DNA from: a virus
IMG/VR virus record: IMGVR_UViG_3300046455_000317
Coordinates: 3,003-67,002 of that record
Strand: one strand, 5' to 3'
DNA: 64,000 bases
Each line of letters begins with the position of its first letter. Position 1 is the first letter of the stretch. Below, piece by piece: positions 46,265-55,446 of this stretch. Made by a program: the position numbers and the translations under genes. The notes beneath the pieces are model-generated. The model was not told the DNA's origin. It saw nothing but the letters and a program-made list of their open reading frames with translations, and did no database searches.

Positions 46265-49200
46265 TGGCTGTTATCCTGAATGTTATTGAAACGACATCGG
46301 TCAATACCTCTGGGGTATTTGGTGCGTGGCTTACAGCGGTTGTATCTGGTGGCCCAGGTCACCCTGGGGACAGACTCATCCTCTATAACACTGATAACAC
46401 CATCCTCGATTGGTTCTTCCTGAATGGGACAAAAGCTCCACCGGCTGCTGGTCTCACCTCGGGCCAGTGTACTTTTGGAAGACCAAGCGCCGCTGGGAAA
46501 TACAAGGTTCAGTTCGTCCACTTCTATCAACCCAGGGCAAACTACCAAGATACGGTTCTTGCGGATGGGGTCACCTATTACTGGCAGATGGACGAAACCT
46601 CTGGGGTCACTGCCGTTGATATGAAGGCCGGTTTGAATGGGACGATTTCCGGTGGCGTCACGCTCGGCACGCCCCATATCTTCCCAGGCACGCACGATAC
46701 CCCAGTGATGACGTTCAATGGGGTGGACGGGCAAATCGTGACTTCCGCTCCCATAACACTACCCTCTGGGGCGGTCACTTTTGAGGCATGGATTCGACAG
46801 ACGAAGACAATTCCCACGCCAACAGTTCGCTATCATTGTATATGGACGAATCGTCGGAGCCCAGGCTTATCAACTACCACTGATGTGTTCTTTGTTGGGA
46901 CCGTGGAATCCAATGGTGTCCTCCACGCCATTCTCGCCTATGGGCCTAACCAATACCAAGGCGTCACCGACATTGGCGACGGTCAGTGGCACCATATCGT
47001 AGTGGCGGTTGCTGCCCCCCAGATGGTGATTTTTGTTGATGGGAAGATCGATGCGAGCCTTGGTACCCTCGCGCGATTGCCGGCAGACCCAGGTGGCCCA
47101 CCGGCGATTGGACGCGATCTCACAAACGCCACGGTTACTCAGTTCAATGGGGCGTTGGGGAAGGTTGCGGTTTACTACTCCAATCTCTCCCACCAGAAAA
47201 TCACCGAGCACGCGGCGTATGGGTTCCAAACGACGGTTCTGGCGGTAGAGACTGTAACCGTCCATCTGAGTGAACCCCAAGTCTGCTTGGAGATGGAGTT
47301 CCTGGGGAAGAACCAGGGCTGGACGATTGTCCGTGATTGGTATGTGAATCCCGGCTTGGTATGGCACCGAGGTCTACCTGGGATTGGGATTCTGGATCTG
47401 ATTGCGGACATTGGAACGCTCCACTTCACCCTCGACAATAGTGAGAAGAACAGCGTTGGGAAAGTCGGGTATTACAGCCCAGACCACGCCAACAAACGGT
47501 ATGGGTTCTACCTGAATATTGGCGTCCGTGTTCGTATCGGGCAGTCCAAACGGTTCACCGGCGTCATCTCCTCGATTGACCCCGTCCCAGGGAAGTTTGG
47601 GACGCGCACCGTCCAAGTTGAGTGTACGGATTGGATGGGTATCGCAGACCGGACACGCATCGAGAATCTCCCAGTTCTGGTAAACAAGCGCGGTGATGAG
47701 GTCTTCCGGACACTTCTCGATTCGCTCCCAGGGTCAGCCCACCCAGATGGAGTTCAAGCCGATTCCAGCCCAGACATTTACCCATACACGTTGGACCGGA
47801 CACGTGACGAACAAACGGTCCTCCGCGATGAGTTGTACCGGCTCTGTACGAGTGGGATGGCCCGCATCTATGTTCTGGGCGATGGGACGCTGGTCTATGA
47901 GAATCGGGGCAGACGCGCCGCCATAACATCGAGCGTTGATACGTTCACTGACTCCCATGGCTTCACCTCTTCCCATGGGCGCGAAGCCATTGTGAACCGG
48001 GCCCAGGCGACCATCCACCCTCGGCTCCCATCAGCGACCGATGTTGTGTTGTACTCGATGCCGCAGCCCATGGAACTCGTGGCGGGAACTCCGCTGACGA
48101 TTATGGGCCCATGGTCTGACCCGGCCAACCCCAATACGCGTGTGGGAGCGGTCAGTCTAGTGTCCCCACTAGTCCGTGGGACCGACTATGTCGCCAACTC
48201 ACTCGCCAATGGGACAGGGACGGATCTTACAGCGTCAGTAGTGATTCTCGCTGGGCTCTCTGGGAACGCGACATCCTTCACGGTCTCACTTCCCCAGGGT
48301 GGGTTTCTCATAAAGCTCCAACAACGTGGGAAGCCGTTGTATGACTACGGCCAAGCGGTTCTCACTTGGGAGGACACAACATCTATCGCCCAGTTCGGAG
48401 TTGCCTCGACCCAGATTGATATGCCCTATACGGCCGACCCAAATCTGGCCTTGGAGGTCGCCCAGTTTACGGTTTACAATGGGGCGTTCCCACTGACGAA
48501 TGTTGCTGGATTCAGTCGTATCGTAGACCTGAAGAATCCCACGGAACTCCAACGGAGTATTGGGCGTCTCATCAGCGACCGGATTAGCATCATTGACCCG
48601 GTGACTGGATTGTCGAAGCCATTCTTCATCAACGCAGTTGATGAGACTATCTCCGAGAATCGAGTCACGACACAGTGGATGTTGACCCCAGGCGATGCGA
48701 CGGGCTATTGGCTCTTGGAAGTCGATGGGTTCACCGAGCTTGATATTACGACGCGTCTGGGATTCGGGCAGATTCTCGGCCATGTGGATATCGTTCACCA
48801 AGATATCCATGGAGACCAAATCCATTACGATTCGATCCACATTGATACCCACTCGGACAACGTCCACGTTGATTTGACGCACGTCGATTTTGTTACCCAT
48901 ACGGACGTTACCGATCACCACGACCAGAGCACCCATGTGGATGATCCCGGGCACTCAGATTCGGTCGCCCATACGGACTACTCCGACCATGTGGATGTGA
49001 CGACCCATGATGACGTAACACACCAAGACGTTCCCCATACGGATGGCGCCCATACCGATATCGCGCAGGTGTATTGGCACACGGACATCCCCCATACGGA
49101 CATCGCCCATTACGATGTCTACTATGATTCGCCGCACCAAGACATCGCTCACCAGGATAGCCACGATGACTGGCGAGATAATGTCCCTGGGATCAATTTC

Positions 49201-49803
49201 CTCGACCATATCGACTGCAATCCGCAATACAATGGAACTGGTAAGTGGCATCTGGATTGTAACTCGAAACCCTATGGGCCGCCCTACGGTGACCCAAATC
49301 CCAACGGGTCATTCCATAACGACCAGAACCATGTGGACGGGCATTACGACCAGAGTGGTCTCCACTACGACCAGAACGATCACGTAGACTACGCGCACCA
49401 AGACGCCCATGGGGACTCCCATGCGGACTACCACGCGGACCAACGCCACGTGGATGAGGGCTATTTCGATCCGCACCAGGACGTGCCTTACCAAGCTGCC
49501 CATGGGGATACACCGCACTATGATGTGCCCCATTACGATACCGCGCAGGTCTATGTGCCCCATACGGATGTGTATCCACATTCCGATAGTGGCGCCCATC
49601 ACGACCAAAACATCCATACGGACACGTCGAACCACTCCGATGCGATCCTCCACGACGATGTAACGTCCCACGCAGACAATAACGTCCACTCGGACACTCC
49701 CCATACCGACATTACCCATGGGGATACGCCGCACCAAGACATAGCCCACTCGGATGTCCCACACCAAGATACGCACCAAGACTTCCATGGAGACTCGAAT
49801 TGA
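46264..49803 (+). CDS. Large tail protein: LamG/ConA-like domain, baseplate/hub-like middle, C-terminal His-x-Asp repeat domain
   Basis: YYWQMDE..TFEAW..DGQWHHIV..FVDG (LamG); LDNS..YSP, GRLISDRISI (tail hub-like); about 55 HxD. Confidence 0.8.
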   Translation: MAVILNVIETTSVNTSGVFGAWLTAVVSGGPGHPGDRLILYNTDNTILDWFFLNGTKAPPAAGLTSGQCTFGRPSAAGKYKVQFVHFYQPRANYQDTVLADGVTYYWQMDETSGVTAVDMKAGLNGTISGGVTLGTPHIFPGTHDTPVMTFNGVDGQIVTSAPITLPSGAVTFEAWIRQTKTIPTPTVRYHCIWTNRRSPGLSTTTDVFFVGTVESNGVLHAILAYGPNQYQGVTDIGDGQWHHIVVAVAAPQMVIFVDGKIDASLGTLARLPADPGGPPAIGRDLTNATVTQFNGALGKVAVYYSNLSHQKITEHAAYGFQTTVLAVETVTVHLSEPQVCLEMEFLGKNQGWTIVRDWYVNPGLVWHRGLPGIGILDLIADIGTLHFTLDNSEKNSVGKVGYYSPDHANKRYGFYLNIGVRVRIGQSKRFTGVISSIDPVPGKFGTRTVQVECTDWMGIADRTRIENLPVLVNKRGDEVFRTLLDSLPGSAHPDGVQADSSPDIYPYTLDRTRDEQTVLRDELYRLCTSGMARIYVLGDGTLVYENRGRRAAITSSVDTFTDSHGFTSSHGREAIVNRAQATIHPRLPSATDVVLYSMPQPMELVAGTPLTIMGPWSDPANPNTRVGAVSLVSPLVRGTDYVANSLANGTGTDLTASVVILAGLSGNATSFTVSLPQGGFLIKLQQRGKPLYDYGQAVLTWEDTTSIAQFGVASTQIDMPYTADPNLALEVAQFTVYNGAFPLTNVAGFSRIVDLKNPTELQRSIGRLISDRISIIDPVTGLSKPFFINAVDETISENRVTTQWMLTPGDATGYWLLEVDGFTELDITTRLGFGQILGHVDIVHQDIHGDQIHYDSIHIDTHSDNVHVDLTHVDFVTHTDVTDHHDQSTHVDDPGHSDSVAHTDYSDHVDVTTHDDVTHQDVPHTDGAHTDIAQVYWHTDIPHTDIAHYDVYYDSPHQDIAHQDSHDDWRDNVPGINFLDHIDCNPQYNGTGKWHLDCNSKPYGPPYGDPNPNGSFHNDQNHVDGHYDQSGLHYDQNDHVDYAHQDAHGDSHADYHADQRHVDEGYFDPHQDVPYQAAHGDTPHYDVPHYDTAQVYVPHTDVYPHSDSGAHHDQNIHTDTSNHSDAILHDDVTSHADNNVHSDTPHTDITHGDTPHQDIAHSDVPHQDTHQDFHGDSN
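48781..49800 (+). repeat. About 55 His-x-Asp tripeptide repeats (mostly 4-6 residue period)
   Basis: Counted by hand from the translation; extra YxD, WxD and FxD variants. Confidence 0.95.
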
Positions 49804-51107
49804 CGATTGAGCTGACTCCCAACGGCGTGGCCTGCAATTTGGACTGTCCCTATTGCTACCAGAAGCCCATGAGAGACGCCGGAAACATCTCCCAAGGTTA
49901 CGACATGGAGAAGATGATCGCCGGGCTCAAACGCGAGGGTGGGCCATTCGCGGTCTTCGGTGGGGAAGCCTTGACGATGCCGCTCGATGATTTGGTCCAA
50001 ATCTTTGAGTTCGGGTATAAGACCTATGGGTCCAACGGCGTCCAGACGAATGGGACGCTGATTACTGAGGAACACTTGGACGTGTTCCAGAAATACAAAG
50101 TCCACGTGGGACTCTCCATCGATGGCCCAGACGAATTGAACGACAGCCGATGGGTCAAAGACCTTCCCACGACGCGAGAAGCCACGGCCAAGAGCCATGC
50201 GGCGCTCCAAGCTCTCGTGAAGCGGAAGCAATCTCCAAGTATTATCGTCACCCTCTACCGTGGGAATGCCGTGGGGCAGCGCTTGGACCGGCTCATTACC
50301 TGGTTCAAGGAGCTTGACCGTATGGGCGTGCGAAACGTCCGTCTCCATCTCCTCGAAGTGGAGAACCGCGAAGTGGCGGAGACGATGGCGATGACGACAG
50401 AGGAGAATATCACGGCGCTGATGCGCCTCTATGAGTTCCAGAGGAAGACCAAGATCAACTTTGACCTCTTTGGGGAGATTGCCCGGCTCCTCCAAGCCAA
50501 CGATGACGCGGTAACGTGTACGTGGAACGCGTGCGACCCATACACGACATCCGCCGTCCGTGGGGTCAGCGGGCAAGGTGAGTCGTCCAACTGTGGGCGA
50601 ACCAACAAAGAAGGAATCAATTGGCAGAAAGCCAACACGCCTGGGTTTGAGCGGCAGGTCGCGCTTTACAACACGCCCCAGGAAGATCTGGGGTGCAAAG
50701 GGTGCCGGTTCTTCTTCGCCTGTAAGGGCCAATGCCCTGGGACGGCGGAGGGTGGTGACTGGCGGAACCGAAGCGAGCACTGCGGCATCTGGATGGCGTT
50801 GTTCGAGCGCATCGAGGGAGATATGATTGGGCTTGGCCAACAGCCTGTCTCCCGCGCGGAGTGGCTTCCCAAGCTCGAACGGATTATGGTTGATACCTGG
50901 GACAGCGGCCGGAACATAACCATCAGGGAAGCGATGCATCGTCTCAACGGCTCCCCATGCGCTGAGACCGGCGATGGGGGCAACCGGCCCCATGGCGACC
51001 ATTGGGATGCTCCGGAAGGCGCGTCCCACTCTGATGGGATATGGGATGTCCATGGGGACAAAGGCACCACAGTCCACGGCGACTCTGGGAGAGAAGACAA
51101 TGCGTGA
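49800..51107 (+). CDS. Radical SAM/SPASM maturase with C-terminal HxD tail
   Basis: CNLDCPYC, FGGEAL, QTNGTL, SIDGP; SPASM Cys: CTWNAC..NC..CKGCRFFFACKGQC..HC; ends with HGD, HWD, HSD, HGD, HGD. Confidence 0.92.
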   Translation: MTIELTPNGVACNLDCPYCYQKPMRDAGNISQGYDMEKMIAGLKREGGPFAVFGGEALTMPLDDLVQIFEFGYKTYGSNGVQTNGTLITEEHLDVFQKYKVHVGLSIDGPDELNDSRWVKDLPTTREATAKSHAALQALVKRKQSPSIIVTLYRGNAVGQRLDRLITWFKELDRMGVRNVRLHLLEVENREVAETMAMTTEENITALMRLYEFQRKTKINFDLFGEIARLLQANDDAVTCTWNACDPYTTSAVRGVSGQGESSNCGRTNKEGINWQKANTPGFERQVALYNTPQEDLGCKGCRFFFACKGQCPGTAEGGDWRNRSEHCGIWMALFERIEGDMIGLGQQPVSRAEWLPKLERIMVDTWDSGRNITIREAMHRLNGSPCAETGDGGNRPHGDHWDAPEGASHSDGIWDVHGDKGTTVHGDSGREDNA

Positions 51108-52218
51108 TTGGACGCGGATTATCTGGGTGAGCGCCAGAGCACGCGCTGTCTGGGAACCCAGGCTCACCCTCATCCAGAAGGCGTGGCTCCAAGTCGAGGT
51201 GGATAGTGTCCTCCTTGGGCTGCGCCCAGCGGGTCTTGTCTTCGGCCAACCCACGGTTGCGGGTCTTCCCATAACGCCAGTGGCTCCGAATCGCTATGCG
51301 ATTGGCCCAGCGGCAGCGGATCTCGTCATGGCGTTCCGCCAGAGTAACAATCAACTCATTGGAGAACTCCTTGGGTATCCTCCATGCTGCCGCGACTTCT
51401 TTGACCGCACCTGGGGCCTGGGACTCCTTGATACTACGGCGCAGATGGAAGGAGATGGGAATGGACCGCTGGACTGCAATATTCTTGGTCGGTGGTTGGG
51501 TGTGCGCTTCATTATGCATCTACCATGCAGTTGGACGTGCGAGCATACCATCGTCTGTGCCGAGCGTTGGAAGCCCTTGTGGCCCAGAGAGGCTCTCCAA
51601 TGGGCCACTGAGATACTCTCTTGGCCCGCTCAATGGTCCGCTCGAAATGGAATCGCTGAGATCACCTTCCCAGTCTGTAAGATGTCTACCCGGACAACGC
51701 CTGGTGAGACGGCGATTATTCGACGACATGGGATATCCCCAGAGGAAGCCGCGACGGGCGTTCAGTTCCCATTCAATGAGCCACGCCGACGATCCCAAGT
51801 CGAGCCATTGATCCAACTCACTGACCCCGCCAAGGCCAATGGGTTCTCCTCCCTCGAAGCAATGACTGCCGCCCATGCAATGGTCCTCGAAGAATTGGAG
51901 ATGTCGCCGCCCCAAGGGTTGACGGTAGACCTTGGGTGTGGGAACGGTCGGTTAATGCGACAGATTGGGAAGAAATTCACGGTCCCAGTTCTGGGCGTTG
52001 AGGTGGACCCAAGCCGCGCCCAAGGCGCTGCCGATATCCGTTTGACGAACCTGGAAGCCTTGGATACACTTCCCCACGATGCCGACACCCTCGTGGTCTC
52101 CATGCGGCGGTTCGAGGAGATTCCAGAACTGGAACGTTGGGCGGCTTCCCATGCCCGGCAAGTGTTGGTCTACAGTTACGATCCACCGATGTTTGCTGAG
52201 ATGAAGCGAGGACAGTAA
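51100..52218 (+). CDS. Cys-rich (DUF483-like) domain fused to class I methyltransferase
   Basis: GELLGYPPCC..FF, HLPCSWTC; C-terminal VDLGCGNG, VLGVEVD; start at MRDWTR. Confidence 0.7.
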   Translation: MRDWTRIIWVSARARAVWEPRLTLIQKAWLQVEVDSVLLGLRPAGLVFGQPTVAGLPITPVAPNRYAIGPAAADLVMAFRQSNNQLIGELLGYPPCCRDFFDRTWGLGLLDTTAQMEGDGNGPLDCNILGRWLGVRFIMHLPCSWTCEHTIVCAERWKPLWPREALQWATEILSWPAQWSARNGIAEITFPVCKMSTRTTPGETAIIRRHGISPEEAATGVQFPFNEPRRRSQVEPLIQLTDPAKANGFSSLEAMTAAHAMVLEELEMSPPQGLTVDLGCGNGRLMRQIGKKFTVPVLGVEVDPSRAQGAADIRLTNLEALDTLPHDADTLVVSMRRFEEIPELERWAASHARQVLVYSYDPPMFAEMKRGQ

Positions 52219-52700
52219 TGGCGAGTTGGCCTGCACGAACGTGGGTTCCAGCGGAACGTGTGACAGCGGGCATGATGAATGGGGTGCGAGACCAACTCAA
52301 TGAACTCCATTCATTCGGTCAGTGGCTCGACCAACCGTTCAATGCGGCCGATTATGGGGCGAGTGCTGGCGCGACATGGACTCTAGGTCTGGCAGCGATT
52401 CTCAGAAATCGCTATACCATTATCCAGAAAACGTTGATTTGGAACTTCTACGTTTCGTGGTTTTCCGGGTCCAATAATCTCATCGGTGCTCCCAGTACGC
52501 TCACGATCAAACTCCCTGGGAACTGTACCTGCCCTGGGAATATCATTATGCCTACGGCCTACAACATCGATGGCGGAGCACGAGTTGATGTTGACGCGAG
52601 TCCCAACGGGGCCACCTGTTCGTTCACGAAAAGAAATGGGAGCAACTTCACGGCCGGTTCTCCTGGGATAATTGGGACATTGACTTTTGAGATTCTCTAA
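52218..52700 (+). CDS. Short tail fibre / receptor-binding-like protein
   Basis: N-terminal WPARTW..ERVT.GMMNGVRDQLNELH anchor shared with the next gene; beta-rich C-terminus. Confidence 0.7.
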   Translation: MASWPARTWVPAERVTAGMMNGVRDQLNELHSFGQWLDQPFNAADYGASAGATWTLGLAAILRNRYTIIQKTLIWNFYVSWFSGSNNLIGAPSTLTIKLPGNCTCPGNIIMPTAYNIDGGARVDVDASPNGATCSFTKRNGSNFTAGSPGIIGTLTFEIL

Positions 52701-54403
52701 TGGCTGACGAACCACGCAAGAGTCTCTTTGAGACCCAGCGGGATTTTGTTCGCCAACAGGCGGAGGTTTCACCCTTCGCGGCGAACTGGCCTGCGCGGAC
52801 CTGGATGCCTGGGGAGCGTGTTACCTCTGGGATGATGAATGGCGTCCGAGACCAGCTCAACGAACTCCATAACACGGTTGGTGGACTCGATGCAACCAAC
52901 GTCGCCTATAAGAACCAGGCGAACGTTTTCACAGTGAACCAGGTCCTCAACAATGCTGCACTTTTCATCCAGGGTAGTAATCCCAGTCTCTACCTGTATG
53001 ATCCTACCCAGCCAGTAAACCTTCGTAACTTCCGCCTCATGAACCAAACCCAGTTGCTCCGGATCTACGCCCAGGATGATGGGGAGAGTGGGTTTGTAAA
53101 CGCGATGTCGCTGTCTCGCTCAGGACAGTTAATGGTGCGAGGAACGATTCAGATTGGTAAAGCGGACATTATCAGTCCAACCGTCCCAGGTCTTCGGAAC
53201 ACCGACAACCGATTGGATATTGTGCTTGGGGACCAAACCAACTGGGCGCCAGTGCAAGCGCTGAGTTACTATGCCGTGGGTGTCGGAAACAGCTTTGCAG
53301 ATCTGACTGTCCGTGGGGCGACGAACTTCCAGAGTAACATCTCTGTCTCCAATGGCGCGGTGATCTCCCAGGGCCCAGTGTATCCTGGCTTTGTTGATAC
53401 TGGTGCGGCGCAGGTATCGTACTACATTGGCGCCCATACCGGCTATGCTGGCCTCTATACCAATGCGAGTTTGACCGCCCAAGGTGAACTGTACGCAATT
53501 GGAAACATTTTCAGTAACAGCCCGGTCTACCCTGGCCGCATTGATACGGGATGGACCAAGCAAACGAGTCTGTATCTTGGGTCCCATGGGAGCTATGGGC
53601 TCTACTCTAACACGGGCCTCTATCTGGAAGGCCCAGTGTGGATGTCTTCCTTCGCGTCTCGTGGCCCTGGGACCATCGCTGGGAATCTAACAATTACAAC
53701 GGGCGGCGCAAGTATCACCGGCACCCTCGTGGTAAATACTGTCGTGGTTAATGTGGGTCCACTGACCGTGGCGACTGGTGGGGCAGACATTACGGGTTAC
53801 TCATACGTCCGGACACCCGGTGGCGCTGGTGATGCTTCGTTGTTCCTCATGAATCCCGCCGCTGGTGGCGCAACCCAAAACTTCCGACTTATGAGCTATG
53901 GGGGTTACTTCCGCGTATGGAATGCGGATAATGGCGCGGAATTACTTCTAGTCCATGGCTCTGGCTCTGTCACTCTCCCTGGTGGTGGTGGGGTGATGAG
54001 CGCCCAAGTGTACTACGAGCGTGGCCGCACTGTCCCCATGGGAGGGCTCACAGCCGTCGATCCAGCTGTCTATATGCACGGCCAAGTGGTTGGTGTAAGT
54101 GGAACGATGATGTATGCCCTCGTGGGCCGCATGATGCACCTGACGTTCAATATCGCAGCCACTTGCGTGACTGGCGGCGGTAACCAGATCAATATGACTA
54201 TTCCATTCCCAGCTGGGCAACTCCCAGCGATTACGTGTCACGTGGGAATCTGGACGGCGCACGCCCAACGTTATTGGCACTCTTCATTCGCGGCTTATGC
54301 AGCCAATCAATATTTCTTGACCTTCTACGATGAGGGTCTGGCTGGATGGCCAGACGGTGCAATCTATCTCTATGGGTCCATCGACATTCCGTTCAGTCCG
54401 TAA
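52700..54403 (+). CDS. Tail fibre protein
   Basis: Same anchor motif; NVFTVNQ; internal repeat PVYPG..DTG..Q.S.Y.G.H..Y.GLY; Gly/Thr-rich beta segments. Confidence 0.8.
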   Translation: MADEPRKSLFETQRDFVRQQAEVSPFAANWPARTWMPGERVTSGMMNGVRDQLNELHNTVGGLDATNVAYKNQANVFTVNQVLNNAALFIQGSNPSLYLYDPTQPVNLRNFRLMNQTQLLRIYAQDDGESGFVNAMSLSRSGQLMVRGTIQIGKADIISPTVPGLRNTDNRLDIVLGDQTNWAPVQALSYYAVGVGNSFADLTVRGATNFQSNISVSNGAVISQGPVYPGFVDTGAAQVSYYIGAHTGYAGLYTNASLTAQGELYAIGNIFSNSPVYPGRIDTGWTKQTSLYLGSHGSYGLYSNTGLYLEGPVWMSSFASRGPGTIAGNLTITTGGASITGTLVVNTVVVNVGPLTVATGGADITGYSYVRTPGGAGDASLFLMNPAAGGATQNFRLMSYGGYFRVWNADNGAELLLVHGSGSVTLPGGGGVMSAQVYYERGRTVPMGGLTAVDPAVYMHGQVVGVSGTMMYALVGRMMHLTFNIAATCVTGGGNQINMTIPFPAGQLPAITCHVGIWTAHAQRYWHSSFAAYAANQYFLTFYDEGLAGWPDGAIYLYGSIDIPFSP

Positions 54404-54415
54404 AAAGAGGAGCAC

Positions 54416-54799
54416 ATGGCGACATACACGATTACCACGACAGACGACCAGGAAACGGCGCTGGTCTATGCTTTCGAGCATCTGGTTGCTCCGCCGACTA
54501 TCCCAGGATTCCCTCCACCTCCGGCACTACCAGCGACCCAGCAAGAGTATCTCCAACAGCAAGTGGATGTTCTTGTCCTCACCCCGATGGGGACACGCTA
54601 CGGGCAAGCGGTGACGACAGCCGTCCAGAACTCCCTCGCCTCAGTCCCCATCGAGAACCAAGAGGCCGCGCTGGAGAGCATCAAGCAGGTCATCACCGAT
54701 AGCGGTGGGACCGTCGTGGAACCGGGTGACCCGGCTCCGCCCATTACTGACCCAGCGAAACAGCACACGCTCCCATGGGACAAGGAGCGTGGTCGATGA
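54416..54799 (+). CDS. Hypothetical protein (possible fibre chaperone)
   Basis: GAGGAG RBS; follows tail fibre. Confidence 0.55.
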   Translation: MATYTITTTDDQETALVYAFEHLVAPPTIPGFPPPPALPATQQEYLQQQVDVLVLTPMGTRYGQAVTTAVQNSLASVPIENQEAALESIKQVITDSGGTVVEPGDPAPPITDPAKQHTLPWDKERGR

Positions 54800-55140
54800 C
54801 GCGCGCATTGACCTTTGATGGCCCACGTGGCCCCAAGCGATTTGAACTTCTCTACACCGCGCTGATGAGTGCTGGCGATGGGAAAGGTGATCGCACAGCG
54901 CCCACCATCCGGAAGGAAGCACGCCTGTTTGACTCCCTCGATGAGATCAGCGAGGTCAATCCAGAGGCTGCCCCAGGGAACGTGGACCGTCGGCTGACGG
55001 CTCCAGCGTCCATCGAGGTGTCTCAGGAAGACCACGAACTACTCGTCAAATACGCGGAGACAACCCCATGGGCCCCCAGAGCATCCCGCGAAGCGGTGGA
55101 CCTCTGGGATTGGCTCAGCGCCGCAGAACGTCGTGACTGA
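54796..55140 (+). CDS. Hypothetical protein
   Basis: ATGA overlap; AGGAG RBS. Confidence 0.55.
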   Translation: MTRALTFDGPRGPKRFELLYTALMSAGDGKGDRTAPTIRKEARLFDSLDEISEVNPEAAPGNVDRRLTAPASIEVSQEDHELLVKYAETTPWAPRASREAVDLWDWLSAAERRD

Positions 55141-55161
55141 TTCGTAAACCAGGAGGGACCA

Positions 55162-55446
55162 ATGGCCGAACACAAACCGTCACCGTCACCCGAACCACCG
55201 GGCCCAGATCGTCCGGGCCAGGGACTGCCCGACCGTCCAGGGCGTGGGCCCAGTCCAGAGCATCCCATCGCCGTCCCACCTCGCAAGCAGCCCAAGGAGC
55301 AGCCGGATGGACCGGACCTCCAGAGCGCGGCCCCAACGGACGATGGGAGCACAATCCAGACCTCCGCTGGTCCGCTGGACCGTGAGACCGTGCTCGCCCA
55401 TCGAGTGGGAGGCACCGGCTGGGTCTCCGTCCAGGAGGAACCCTAG
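55162..55446 (+). CDS. Pro-rich hypothetical protein
   Basis: AGGAGG RBS; last plus-strand ORF. Confidence 0.5.
   Translation: MAEHKPSPSPEPPGPDRPGQGLPDRPGRGPSPEHPIAVPPRKQPKEQPDGPDLQSAAPTDDGSTIQTSAGPLDRETVLAHRVGGTGWVSVQEEP

Noticed and set aside
48781-49800. Possible CRISPR array or DNA tandem repeat
   Set aside because: Repetition is at the amino acid level with variable codons and period; no constant repeat-spacer structure.
52218-52870. Diversity-generating retroelement (TR/VR pair)
   Set aside because: The duplication is N-terminal, differences are not adenine-specific, and no reverse transcriptase is present in the window.
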